Assembly: GCF_018350175.1 (NCBI RefSeq)
Contig: NC_058373.1
Location: 105,960,001 to 106,024,000, forward strand
Length of the DNA: 64,000 nt
Direction of reading: 5' to 3'
Source: Felis catus
Lineage: Eukaryota
Shown: in pieces, positions 1 through 12,496 of the stretch
Position numbering within the stretch: position 1 is the stretch's first letter
Layout of the letters: the number at the start of each line of letters is the position of its first letter
Position numbers and translations under genes: made by a program
Notes under the pieces: model-generated
Databases searched by the model: none
Seen by the model: only the letters and a program-made list of their open reading frames with translations
Told to the model about the DNA's origin: nothing

Positions 1-650
1 TTCATTCAGAGTTTTGTATTTTCTTCATATAGATCTTGTACACATTTTGTTAGACTTATACGTAAGTATCTCATTTTGAGGGGTGCCTACTGTCAATGGT
101 ATTGTTTTTAATGTCATTTTTTACTCTTCCATTGTTGGCATGTTGGAAAGCAATTGACTTATTATTAACCTTATATCCTGCAACCTGTTTTTTTTTTTGT
201 AGTCTTTATCAAGTTGAGAAGGTTCCTTTGTATTCCTAGTTTATGGAGGGTTTTTATCATGAATGGGTGTTGGATTTTGTCAAATACTTTTCCTGCATCT
301 ATGAATATGATCATGTGATTTGCTTACCTGGGACAAATCCCACTTGACTGTAGTATATAATTCACCTTGTACGTTGTTGGATTCAATTTGCTAATTTTTT
401 TGAGGATTCTTACATCTGTGTTCATGAGAGGTACTGCCCTATTTTTTCTTGTAATATATTTTTCTGGTTATCAGCATAATGCTGGCTTCATAGGATGAGG
501 TAGGAAATATTTCCTCTGCTTATAGTCTCTGAAAGAGATTGTAGAGAATTGGTATACTTTTTCCTTAAATGTTTGATAGAATTCGCCAGTGAACCTATCT
601 GGGCCTGGTGCTTTCTGTTTTATAAGGTTATTAATTACCGAGTTCTCTGT
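1..650 (-). mobile_element. Old L1 (L1M-type) ORF2-region fragment
   Basis: T-rich antisense L1 motifs such as gtattcctagtt...gtttttatcatgaatgggtgttggattttgtcaaa and ccagtgaacctatctgggcctggtg. Confidence 0.8.
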
Positions 651-815
651 TTTTATTAAGGCCTGTATGCAGAAACTGATCTGATAGTCTATGCTAAAGA
701 ATAATTTTCAAAGAGTTAAAAAAATAAGATTCTCAAAATTATAAAATAAACACATCAACATCTTTGTTTATTAGAAGGAACCGGAAGGATGTTAGGACCA
801 GTTCAGAAGATAATT

Positions 816-1028
816 AAAAAAAAAAATTAATGTTTATTTATTTTTGAGAGAGAGACAGAATGCGAGTGGGTTGGGGCAGAGAGAGAGGGAGACACAGAAT
901 CCGAAGCAGGCTCCAGGCTCTGATCTGTCAGCACAGAGCCCGATGCAGGGCCGGAACTCAAGAGCTGCGAGATCATGACGAGCTGAAGTCGGACGCTCAA
1001 CCGACTGAGCCACCTCAAAAGGCACCCC
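816..1028 (-). mobile_element. CAN-SINE (SINEC)
   Basis: Antisense tRNA-like head, (GA)n tract and AT tail. TSD tcagaagataatt (803-815) / tcaaaagataatt (1029-1041). Confidence 0.95.
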
Positions 1029-1309
1029 TCAAAAGATAATTTAAAATACAGATATATCTCTGTCTATCCATTGATCCATCCACCTGTCCATAATCAGAAA
1101 TGCTGAAATAAATTTGTAGTAGATACAAAACTAGTTAATATCCTAAAGGACTATAAAAATTCATGTTTTCTTTTCTGCATGTATGTAAATCAGTTGTATC
1201 TCTGCCAGGCAAAACCTCTTTGCTGTGTTATAGATAAGGGCCATTACATTGTTGTATGTTTTTTTAGGAGTTAATTCCTCCTCCCACAAAGCTGTGAAAT
1301 AGTCTGGCC

Positions 1310-1879
1310 CGGTGGGTTCTCAAACTTGTTTGTTTTAGGGTTTTTGATCTTTTTTTTTTTTTTTTTTTTTACTCTTATAATTAATTTATTTTTTATAATT
1401 TACATCCAACTTAGCACATGGTGCAACAATGATTTCAGGAGTAGATTCCTTAAGCCCCTTACCCATTAAGCCCATCCCCCCTCCCACAACCCCTCCAGCA
1501 ACCCTCTGTTTGTTCTCTATATTTAAGAGTCTCTTATGTTTTATTTTCAAGGTTTTTGATCTTATGAAGTATTGAAGAACCCAGAGAAATTTGTGTAATG
1601 TATTAATTAGATTAGAATCAGAATTGAGAAACTTTAAAACTGTTCTTTCATTAAAAAAAATAATAATGAAACCTATTTTATGTTATCATCTGGATTGATG
1701 ACTTCATCATGAGTATTGAAAGTTTTGGAAAATTCCCCTGTGTACTTGTTGAGAGAATGAGAGAGAAATGGCAAATAACGTCTTGATATTATTATGAAAA
1801 CAGTTTTGAACTCATAAACACCCTGACAAGGCCTGAGGCTCTCCAGGCCTTCCCAAACCACACTTGAGAGAACCACTGG
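1310..1879. mobile_element. hAT-Charlie-type DNA transposon relic, interrupted by L1
   Basis: Termini ggtgggttctcaaac ... cacacttgagagaaccactg; internal aaatggcaaataacgtctt...attatgaaaacagttttga. Confidence 0.7.
1352..1550 (-). mobile_element. Carnivore L1 3' end, 5'-truncated (~200 bp)
   Basis: Poly(T) tail and L1 3'UTR motifs. Perfect 13-bp TSD ggtttttgatctt (1339-1351 / 1551-1563). Confidence 0.9.
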
Positions 1880-2385
1880 CCTAGTTAAAAGGAAAAAAAA
1901 AAGAAAAAAAAAAAAAAAAAAAGGTCAAAGATAATCCCTGTAGGACCTGCTAGACCACAAATAGCATTCTACTGAAAAGATACCCAGTCATCTGTTTTAC
2001 CCCTTTCTAAATTTTAGGTTTTTTCTTAACAGTAGTCCTTCCTTTGACAAATGTTATCCTGCCCAGCATGGGCCATTATCAAGGCTATTTTGAAACTATT
2101 ACGTCGGAAATTTATTTTATTTTTTGATTAGAAAAGTAATACAGGTTACTATATGAACCCATATGAAAGAAAAAAAATAGGAAGTATAAAGGAATAGAGA
2201 AGCATCTTACCAAGGAGTCAAATAATGTTAACATTAGGGGCATACATCTTTATGAAGTTTAACAAAAATTTTTTGATTATTATCTATGCTTTTTTTGTTT
2301 CCTTCCCCCAACTAGATATTGACATAAGCATTTTTCATGTTATTAAACCTTTTTGAAAAAATTCAAGTATAGTTGACACTAAAAC

Positions 2386-3060
2386 TCTTTTTTATTGTGG
2401 TAAAAAACATGATGGAATTTACATCTTAACCCTTTTTAAGTATATAGTTCCATAGTGTTAAGTATATCTGCATTGTTGTGAAACGTCTCTAGAACCTTTA
2501 AGCCTTGCAGAACTGAAACACTGTATCACTTCAGCAACTCCCCTTTTATCCTCCCCCACCCCCACTGCCTCAGCCCCTGATAACCACCATTCTACTCTCT
2601 TTATTAATGTGACACCGTAGATATGTTAGGGAAGTGGAAGCATGCAGTATTTGTTATTTTGTGGCTGGCTTCTTTCACTTAGCTAAAGTCTTCAAGATTC
2701 ATCCATTTTGTAGTATGTGATAGGACTTCCTTTTTTTTTTTCTTTAAAGCTGCATAGTATTTCATTACATCACATTTTGTTTATCCATTACAACTATATC
2801 CATTTTGGACATTCAGGTTGCTTCCACCTCTTGGCTATTGTGGATAATGCTCCTATGAACTCGAGTATGCAAATACCTCTTTGAGACCATGCTTTCAATT
2901 TTTTGCGATATACCCAGAGCCTGGTTCATCTGGTAGTTTTCTTTTTAATATTTTGAGATCCTGCCATACTGTTTTTAATAGCACCTGTACCATTTTACAT
3001 TCCCATCAACAAAAATGTTGTTTTTTTTTTTTATGGTAGTTATCCTAATGAGTGTGAACT
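2386..3060 (-). mobile_element. Old L1 (L1MB-like) 3' fragment
   Basis: tttttattgtggtaaaa..., ggctggcttctttcacttagc, ttcatccattttgtag, ccacctcttggctattgtggataatgct. Confidence 0.85.
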
Positions 3061-4622
3061 TATTAAAATTCTTAATAAACGTCTTAGCTGGCTGCATGTA
3101 TTTCTATTTTATGTGCTGTGTAGGGTAATCATTTTCCTAATGTTTTTCCATTAAAAACCACTTGAACATCTTTTTTATGTCTCAGATTTTTTTTAAGGAT
3201 GCATTCTTAGATATGAAATAAATGGGTCAAAAGATATAGAATTTTAAAGGTTTTTATAAGTGCTGCCAAATTGTCCTCAAGAAAGGTTTTGCCAGTCGAC
3301 ACTGAATGAGGGTATTAAAGGATCTTTCATTTCACGCATGTTATGCTGAGTGTTGTTATCTTACAATTATCTGTGACTGAACAACTGGCAAATGCTATCA
3401 CATTGTATTTTAACTTGTGTTTTAGAAATTTGTTCAATAGAACTTTTTTTTCCCTAGGCCATTTGTATTATTTCTTTCTCAGACGGCCTGCTTGCCCATG
3501 TATCTATTTAAATCTCAATGTTTTAAACAGATAAGAGATTAATTAGCAATGCAAATATGAAGCTCCCGGAACTTTTCATAAATGCAGTAAACCATCATGG
3601 AACCCGTTAGAAGGAAACTTATGAGAGCTTCAGGCACATTTAAAATGACCGAAAATATTTCTCTGTGATTAAGGGTCTCAGGGTGCAGATTTAGATAATT
3701 ACTTATCTCAACAAGCCCTTTCCTCATTATGTGAAGGAAAACCTTAGGTCAGCTCCTGTTATTTTAGGGTCCATTTGCATTTCGTGGAGTTGGCCTCAGT
3801 TGTTTCTTACTATATGCGCTTTTTCTGCTGACTGTGAGGCTGTGCTACATAGAAGGCATTTCTGAAGGCAGAGGGGACAGGGAGATGATATGTAGTTTTT
3901 CCATTGGACTGCACATGTTTGGAAGAATAGGAGGTAGAACAATGAAATAATCCAAATATTATGAGGAGGGAGGCAGAAGTTTATATTAGACTGGTTTATG
4001 TGATAAAAGAAATGTTATACCCAGTGCTTTTTGTTTGTAAATCGTATTGTAAAACAGATATTCACATGCTTAGCTAAAATATTTAAAGCATTTTGCCTAT
4101 ACAACACCTAATATTACCAAAAATGCTGTATTTATCACAGTCCAGTTGTCTTCATGTCAGTGTGTCATAAGTCCATATTGTGGGAGAAATTGATTTTCTC
4201 CTACCTCAAGCGCTCTAGGTTTGTTCTCATTTAAACAGAAAATAGTTCTCTTCCAAGCAAGGAGGGAGGTTCATGTTCTAAAACTAATTTTAGATGGTTA
4301 TGGTAATTCAGTAATAGAATAGAATGCAGTGTTTACCAGTATACTTTAGAGAAGACAACTTAGTGTTATCATGGCTCTGCTCACATCCTTTTTTTCTGGG
4401 ACTCTGTTCTGAGGCACCGTGGCTGTCTGTCCTCCTTAGCGAAGTAACAAAATGCGGAACATAACCCACGGAGCTTTCTGGTAAGGCCAGTGTTGACAGA
4501 TTCTCCCTGTGTATTTGTTTGGGAGACATGGTCTGACCCCGTGGTGTAGAGGCTTTTGAGAGGATTCTCCAGAGTAAGGGCCAAGATCCTGAGGAAGAGT
4601 CTCCTTTGGCACTCTCCTTTCT

Positions 4623-4847
4623 TTTTTTTTTTAAAATTTTTTTTTTTTCAACGTTTATTTTTGGGACAGAGAGAGACAGAGCATGAACGGGCGAGGGGCA
4701 GAGAGAGAGGAAGACACAGAATCAGAACCAGGCTCCAGGCTCTGAGCCATCAGCCCAGAGCCTGACGCGGGGCTCGAACTCACGGACCGCGAGATCGTGA
4801 CCTGGCTGAAGTCGGACGCTTAACCGACTGTGCCACCCAGGCGCCCC
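4623..4847 (-). mobile_element. Young felid CAN-SINE (SINEC_Fc-like)
   Basis: CpG-rich intact body. TSD gcactctcctttct (4609-4622) / gcactcttctttct (4849-4862). Confidence 0.96.
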
Positions 4848-5596
4848 TGCACTCTTCTTTCTGAAACGTCAATTCATGTCTTCCTAGCCTGGAAGAGTAG
4901 ATATTTCGACCCAGCTGATTCGTTAGTTCCTAGGCACCATTCAGATCACAAGTGGCTTGACTCACTGTAAAATTGGCTGATGGAACAGAATTTCCAAGAG
5001 TACCAAATGCAGTTGTAAGTGGGAAACCAGACACTTTATTCACACATTCTGTGGACAAATGACATCTCCAATGCAAAATGGACCGTGAAATATTTTATCT
5101 TAATTTTCCACAACGCTTTCTTGATTTGCAATGGCAAAATCCTGTAGGAAATAGAATAGAGATTACAAAGTCTTTTATTCCGTGGCTGATAAATATCTGT
5201 ATTAAAAGAATTGAAACGTACTTTTCTTGTTAATGGCAAGGAGTTCCATATTGTTTTATGAATTTACAAAAAACAGATTAAAAAAATGTAAAACACTGAG
5301 GCCCTGTCATTTTCTGATTTAGCCAATCCCAGGTAACTCTTACTATAAAAGTTTTAAGTGGAATATATGACTGATAGAGTCACAGTTTGTAGCTTTATGT
5401 AGGTTTCATTATTTAAAGCGACTCGTCCTAAGCATGCCAAGCTTTGACGGTTTGTAACATAGACCATCATTAATTTCTACCAAGATTGGCAACTATTATT
5501 TGGTTTGTGTTTACTGAGATTCTCAAATGTGTAATTTATCTTCTATTGCAGAAACACTTTTATTTTACTTTATTGTTATTTTTTAAAAAGATTTTA

Positions 5597-6009
5597 TTTA
5601 TTTATTTATTTAACATCCAAGATAGGTAGCATATAGTGCAATAATGATTTCAGGAGTAGATTCCAGTGATTCATCCCCTAGGTATAACACCCAGTGCTCA
5701 TCCCAACAAGTGTCTTCTTTAGTGCCCCTTGCCGATTTAGCCCATCCCCCACCCACAATCCCTCCAGCAACCCTCTTTGTTCTCCGTATTTAAGTCTCTT
5801 ATGTTTTGTCCCCCTCCCTGTTTTTATATTCTTTTTGCTTCCCTTCCCTTATGTTCATGTGTTTGGTCTCTTAAATTCCACATATGAGTGAAGTCATATG
5901 ATTTTTGTCTTTCTCTGACTAATTTCGCTTAGCATAATACCCTCTCGTTCCATTCACGTTGTTGCGATGGCAAGGTGTCATTCTTTTTGATTGCCGAGTA
6001 ATACTCCAT

Positions 6010-6068
<59 letters not shown>

Positions 6069-6317
6069 GCCACATCTTCTTTATCCATTCATCCGTCGAT
6101 GGACATTTGGGCTCTTTCCATACTTTGGCTATTGTTGATAGTGCTGCTGTAAACACTGGGGTGCATGTGCCCTTTTGAAACAGCACACCTGTATCCTTTG
6201 GATAAATACCTAGTAGTGAATTGCTGGATCGCAGGGTAGTTCTATTTTTAATTTTTTGAGGAACCTCCATGCTGTTTTCCAGAGTGGCTGCACCAGTTTG
6301 CTTCCTCCCAGCAGTGC
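5597..6317 (-). mobile_element. Carnivore L1 3' end (ORF2 C-terminal remnant + 3'UTR)
   Basis: ORF track shows LLGIYPKDTG...WKEPKCPSTDEWIKKMW. TSD aaaagatttta (5586-5596 / 6318-6328). Confidence 0.93.
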
Positions 6318-6328
6318 AAAAGATTTTA

Positions 6329-6426
6329 GTTTTTAAAGTAATCTCTGTATCTAACAAGGGGCTGGAATTTAACAACCCTGAGATCAAGAGTTGCGTGCTC
6401 TACTGACTGAGCTAGCCAGGTGCCCT
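6329..6426 (-). mobile_element. Short older CAN-SINE body (its tail at ~5561-5596 is displaced by the L1 insertion)
   Basis: aagtaatctct...ccctgagatcaagagttgcgtgctctactgactgagctagccaggtgccc. Confidence 0.85.
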
Positions 6427-6575
6427 GTAAAGAAACATTTTTAATACCTAGGTCCATATTATGGCAACAACACTATGGTTTATTTAGTATAATCATCTAG
6501 TTGATTGTACTAGAGGGAGGGATGAACTTTTTTGAAGTGAGAATTTAAAGAACTTTTTTGAAGTGAGAATTTAAA

Positions 6576-6784
6576 AACAAAATTTTTTTTTAATGTTTAT
6601 TCATTTTTGAGAGACAACGTGAGCAGGGGAGGGGCAGAGAGAGAGGGAGACACAGAATCTGAAGCAGGCTCCAGGCCCCGAGCTGTCAGCACAGAGCCCG
6701 AGGCGGGGCTCGAACTCATGAACCGTGAGATCATGACCTGAGCCGAAGTCGGACACTCAAGCGACTGAGCCACCCAGGTGCCCC
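6576..6784 (-). mobile_element. CAN-SINE (SINEC)
   Basis: Full antisense SINEC ending gagccacccaggtgcccc; short TSD gagaattt. Confidence 0.95.
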
Positions 6785-7799
6785 GAGAATTTTTTTTTTA
6801 TAGTATCAAACAGAAAGCCCTGATTATTATAGTAGGATAACTAATACGAGCAATTAAGTCAAAATTTCAAACCACATTATGATGGCTAATGTAGTAAGAA
6901 ACTCTCCTGTGGGGGACTGCAAATTCTTTAGACTGCTATCTGCTTATGTGACTTTGGCCAAGTGTCTTGGGCTTCCATTTCCTCAGATGTTAAATGGTGA
7001 GGTTTGAATTAGCTCACCAGTTCTGTGACAGTTTTGTTGTCTCCAGTGGCTTTTAAAGGAGTATAGCAGTCACTGTCTGAGTTGGCCCTGAGTGTTCTGC
7101 ATCAGAAGTCAAGATGACCCCTTTTTAGACCTAGCAAATTGAAACCTGGAGTAAGTGATTTGCCTACTAATAAATTTAGTATAATGATAGAGTTAGAGCT
7201 CAGGTCTCCAATAACCTCTTAGATACCTATCTGACACAGTCTGGATGTCACATGCACATGTCCTTTCCCCCACTTTCTCTTCCCCACACAGCCGTGGCAG
7301 ACAGTGTTTATCTAATGCTTATCTAATGTGACATTTCTTTCCTACTCAGCCTGGACATGGCCTCAACCCTTCTCGAAGCAGTATTCTAACAGCCACAGCT
7401 AACAGACAAGGGGATCTAACTGGTTCGACGTTGTAAGTAGTAGAATCTTTCAAATAAAAAAAAGTCACAGATGGTTTTTTACGGAGATTTACTTGTTTAA
7501 TTCAAGTGGAATATTGTGGCCTTCTCTTTCGTACCGGTTCCCAGCGTGATGATTCCTTTTTAATTAAAGGAAATTCTAGATTCCCACATGACCTTGAATT
7601 CAGTAACATTTTAAATGAATTTGTGATGAATCCCAACATACAGATGCATTTGGAAGATGGCATACATATCTGTGTGAGACATTTTCGTGTTTATGAATTA
7701 TTGCCTTTGTTCACCACCCCGCCAACCAAAAGACAGGCATTAGAAACCATTACTTTATACCAGTTTGTCTTTTTTTCTTGGTTTCAGTTTAAATTTTTA

Positions 7800-8031
7800 T
7801 TTTATTTATTTATTTTTTTAAATATATTTTTTTTTAATGTTTATTTCTGAGACAGAGAGAGACAGAGCATGAACGGGGGAGGGTCAGAGAGAAGGAGACA
7901 CAGAATCTGAAGCAGGCTCCAGGCTCTGAGCTGTCAGCACAGACCCCGACGCGGGGCTCGAACTCACGGACCACGAGATCATGACCTGAGCTGAAGTCGG
8001 ACGTTTAACCGACTGAGCCACCCAGGCAGCC
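7800..8031 (-). mobile_element. CAN-SINE (SINEC)
   Basis: Antisense SINEC; TSD ttcagtttaaattttta on both sides. Confidence 0.95.
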
Positions 8032-8083
8032 TTCAGTTTAAATTTTTAAAGTAGGATTGAGTTTTCATTTTAAGGGATCTCAT

Positions 8084-8269
8084 CAGTGGTTTTCATACTA
8101 TGTGCTGTAGAGTCCCAATTCTAGGAGGTGGGGAGAGTCCCCCTTTCCCCACACCCCTTCTGGCTCTAACCAGCCTGTTTTCATTCAAACTCTTCTATAT
8201 ATTGAGGTTCTCCATGAGATTTCATTTGGATAAAGGGTTTCACAGCTTTAAAAAAATTGAAAAACACTG
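8084..8269. mobile_element. hAT-Charlie MITE (MER-type)
   Basis: TIR-like ends cagtggttttca ... tgaaaaacactg. Confidence 0.6.
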
Positions 8270-10369
8270 ATAATCCCACCTTCCCATTTTACACAGAATG
8301 GTTTGGAGTTACCCTATTAACACTGGAGCCAGGCTGAGGACCCCGATGGTCCAATTTGCAGGTCACTCTTCAACCCCTTACCTGAGCTGCTGCTCAGAGG
8401 ACCAGTGGAGGATGTAAACTAACACCACTGCCAGCTGAGTGCAGCGGGCACTTATGTAGAAGGAGAAAATGTTTACTTTATATGGAAAGAAAAATTGTTT
8501 ATGTTATAATGCCAGGGGAGGGACTCACGTCTATTTTTATTCCACCCTTGAATAAAAGGTTATGTTGTGTACATATTTGTAAATGTTTGTCTTGTTTGGG
8601 TGTGGGCTTCTCTTATTTGGGCTGGGTGGCGGGATGGTGAAGCTTTTTTTTTTTTTTTTTTTTTTTTAACCTTCATGTTAAACCAGTAGAGAGCGATGCC
8701 ACCGGCAGAAGAATGCTTCCCTTCTCTTTTCTCCCAGTGCTGTTCTCCTTCCCATGCTGTGGCGTGCTTTCCTGTGTCCTGGGTTTAAGCACTGTCGAAG
8801 CAGAGTCTTTGGTGTCTTTCCTGGATTTTGCCTTTGATAAAGGACGGTCTCATTTCAGGACTCATTTCTCTGCAGTGCTCATCTATTGCCATTATTAAAA
8901 TCAACATGCCTTTAAGATCCCAGCCAAATAGGATACTTACCATACCTGGCCTGGGCTACCCTTTTCTGCCTGTGGCATTAGCACAAAGCCAAATGTCCCT
9001 CCGAAGCCCGCTGTGATTTCTAGGACTTGCTTTCCTCATTGACCTTGGCCTTTTGGGGCTGTAGGTGATCCAGGATAACTGGAGTGAATGTCTGGTGACT
9101 GATTGCAGAGGGTGGGCCCCATACCTGGCTGTGGGATGTTAAGTGCTTCTGGTTCCTCCTCTTCCTGGTTGGCAGGAAGTGCTGACTGCTCCCACAGACC
9201 CCCTGACAGGCCACTTGCTTTCTCGCCCTCTTGGGAAGGTTCTTACCTCTCTTGTGGAGACGCTTTTCTTTAAACTGCAGCAAAGCCAAAATGGTTTGCT
9301 TTGGCCAGTAGTCTCAACCTCTTCCTTTCCCATATGTTTTAACAGATATGATGAGAAAGGGAAAGCACTTTTCTCTGGCCCAGGTCACTTTTTACCAAAA
9401 CAGTGGAGGGAAAAGTTAGGAGGTAAAAGGAGAAAGAAGAAAAGCACATAGGAGGATGTTACATCAGAATACTGATTCTCAGATAATTGAGTGGTAATTT
9501 TTCTGCCTGAGTCGTGAAGCTGAACTGTAAAGGAAGTTGGGGGAGCCTAGTGGAAGACCTCATTCGAGAAGGAGTCTCTTCGTGCCATTTTCCACCCGGA
9601 AATTAAAATAGCTATCTGCTGTCTTACTCTTTCCACCGTCAGCTCTCCAACAGACCGTTTTCTCTCAGGAAGAATTAGGACGGCGAATTACAAGTTCTTG
9701 GTCCGCTAAGGACAGGCTCTCTGAGAGCTTTAGTTACCTGAGCACTTCACCAATATCACTCTAGAGAGAGACTCACCGAGCAGCCTTCGGGGGCAAAAGT
9801 TTGGTGAGCAACAGGACTCTGAAGGGCCCATCAAGTATATATGACACTTAATGTGCTTTGGTGGAAATATTTTTTACTAGTGGTAATTTAGTCTTCTTAA
9901 CCAGGGCGTGTTAAAATGTCCACCACTCCTCTCTTTGTCACTGGAATTACTGATTAGTTGGCTATAATCTGACCAGAATGACTGGTAAAAAGAGTAGGAG
10001 TATAACCTCAAGGATTATTACCCAGAAGCTGTTTTTAAAAGGCATCCCTGGGGGGTGGGGGGTGGGGGGAGACATCCCTAGAAATCTGAGTAAGATCTAT
10101 AGTCTAGTTAACTGTGATGTTCCTGGTTTTGATAATATATCATGGTTATGGTTATGTAAGCTATTTCCAATGGGGGAAGCAGGGAACTTTTCTGTACCTT
10201 TTTTTTTTTTTTTTTTTTCTTTTTGGTAACTTCTTGTGAGTCTGTGGTTATGGCAAGATAAAAAGTTAAAAATACCCTGAGAAGAATAATTATCACTCCG
10301 GGTAAGACATTTCAGGTCCGACTTTGTTTGCTTTTTGCTTCCTGTCCCTGCTACCTCCCTTCCTTCTTT

Positions 10370-11220
10370 CTTTTAATGCTTTATTGAGAGATATTTCACA
10401 TACAAAAATCATGTATTTTAGAGTAAATTTAATGGTTATTGTCCCAGTTCATTGGCTTATTCAGAGTTGTTACAACCATCACCACTATCTAATTCTTAAA
10501 CATGTTCTTTCTTTTAAAAATTTTTTAAAAGGTTTTTTTATTTAAGTAATCTCTATACCCAACATGGGGCCGGGGAACTCACGACCCTGAGATCAAGAGT
10601 AGCACGCTCTTTGGACTGAGCCAGCCAGGCTCCCTTGATCCTAGCACATTTTCAACTTTCCCGAAAGGAACATCATAGGCATAAGCAGTCATCTGTGACT
10701 GTGGACATCCTTCGCATCCTCCCATCCCCAAATCCATCCCAGGCAACCATTAATCCTCTTTCTGCCCAAATAGATAGATTGGCTTGTTCTGGACATTTCA
10801 TATAAATGGAGTCATACGACATGTGGCCTTTTTTGACTGGTTTCTTTGATTTAGTATAGTGTTTTCAAAAGTTCATCCATTCACCACATGTACCAGCATT
10901 TAATTCTTTTTTTGTTGCCAGATAATATTTCATTTTATGGATATACCACATTTTGTTTATTCGTGGACATTTAGGTTGCTCCCATTCTTAGGTTATCACA
11001 AACAGTGCTGCTGTCAATATTTGTGTACAACTTTTTGCGTGAACACATGTTTTCAGTGTTCTTGGGTAAATACCTAAGTATAGAATTGCTGGGTTATATG
11101 GAGACTCTATGTTTAACGTTTTGAGGAACTGTCAAATTGTATTCCAGAGTGGCCATACTCTGGCCATTTTCTGTTTCCACCAGCAGTGAATGAGGATTCC
11201 AATGCCTTTACATCCCAGGT
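10370..11220 (-). mobile_element. Old L1 (L1MB-like) 3' fragment
   Basis: ctttattgagagatatttcacatac..., ttctggacatttcatataaatggagtcatac, aacgttttgaggaactgtcaaa. Confidence 0.85.
10510..10635 (-). mobile_element. Short CAN-SINE nested in the L1
   Basis: aagtaatctctatacccaacatgggg...gagatcaagagt...gactgagccagccaggctccc. Confidence 0.88.
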
Positions 11221-12496
11221 GTTTCTTAGATACTATATTTGTCTATTTTAGTTGTGTTTATGGAAGGCCTCCCGTTGTCTTGGTGGGTATGGGAACCGGG
11301 ACCTGAATGATGATTTTGGAGGAAATGAAACAAATGAAAATCAAGTAAATTATTTTCAGACTGGCTCAGTGTAGTGCTGGAAACCTTTCAGCCCTGAGCG
11401 TACAAACCTTCCTGTTTGACTGGATATGACATTACCAGGAATTTTACTTTCCTGCTTTCATTCTCCCTGAGGAGAAAAAAGAAATATGCCTTTTCCTCAG
11501 CTAGACGTGGAGGGTTCAAACACACATAAAAGACCCCTGAGTTATTAACAATTCCACAGGAACATGTACTTGGTTTATGCCCAGAATCGTTTCTCTCCAG
11601 TCATTCTCTCGGTGCTTCCTCTGTGCTGTTCTCCGCCGGAGCGTAACCTAAGAGCTGAATCAAGGTTTGTTCAGTCGGTGTTTGGAAAAGAAACGGTGAC
11701 TGGATGCTGGTCAGCTGGCTCGGGGCTGCTGGCAAGACTGGCCTAGACCATGCTTTCTGCAGGCCGCAACCTCTCAGGCTTGTTAAAGGCCTGTAGCGGG
11801 CGGTGGTTGTGTTTGCCGTGTCTGAGGTCAGGATGACAGGACCTTTCATAATCCCCCATGGCAGTGAACAGGCAGGTTCAGAGATCCTGGAAATGGCCAG
11901 TGCACCGTCCAGAGACAAGATCCCAGATCCTTTGCTCTGTGTGGGACCTGCGGAGCAGGCAGGGAAGGGAATAACAAGCAATGTTGTTTCTTAGTTCTGG
12001 TACATAGATATAACTCCCGCTGTCTTCTGGCCACTGTTGGTTACTTTTGGTTATACACTGGCAGTAAGCAATCGGATTATTTTGCTGCTGAAACCACACT
12101 GTGGCAGAGAAGGCCTGCCTCTTATGATTGCTTTTCTTACGTTCCCTATTTCTATGCTTGTGGAAAAGAACTTTATGAATGTTTGCAATCTGGTGGATTG
12201 CCTCCAGATTTTCATTCACACACCAGTGTGAGTCTCTGTGACACAGGGCAGGTTTAGAAGGTGAGTGTTGTTCCCTGGGGCCTCTCTAGCCCTGTTTCAG
12301 CTGGTCTGCTCTTCTGAGAGCTGTATAGTCATACCTCCTCTGACTTGCCAGAGTCCCTCCCTGAAATGACTTAAATCAGGACAAGACTTCATGATCCTAT
12401 CTCTTTTCCCTTAAAAACTGTCCATCTCAGACACATGCATTCAGTGTCCTGTATTATCTCTGTCGAGTCAATATCTTTTATTAAAATGAGGTTGGG

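Noticed and set aside
1013..1035. cctcaaaag repeated inside the SINE head and at its TSD
   Set aside because: It is only 9 bp and most likely a trivial slippage event.
5929..6387. 152-aa minus-strand ORF
   Set aside because: It is a chimera of SINE, frameshifted L1 ORF2 and a (TA)n microsatellite.
12195..12266. Strong donor AAG|GTGAGT at 12261 with nearby AGs
   Set aside because: No convincing partner acceptor or coding signal; such sites are common in long introns.
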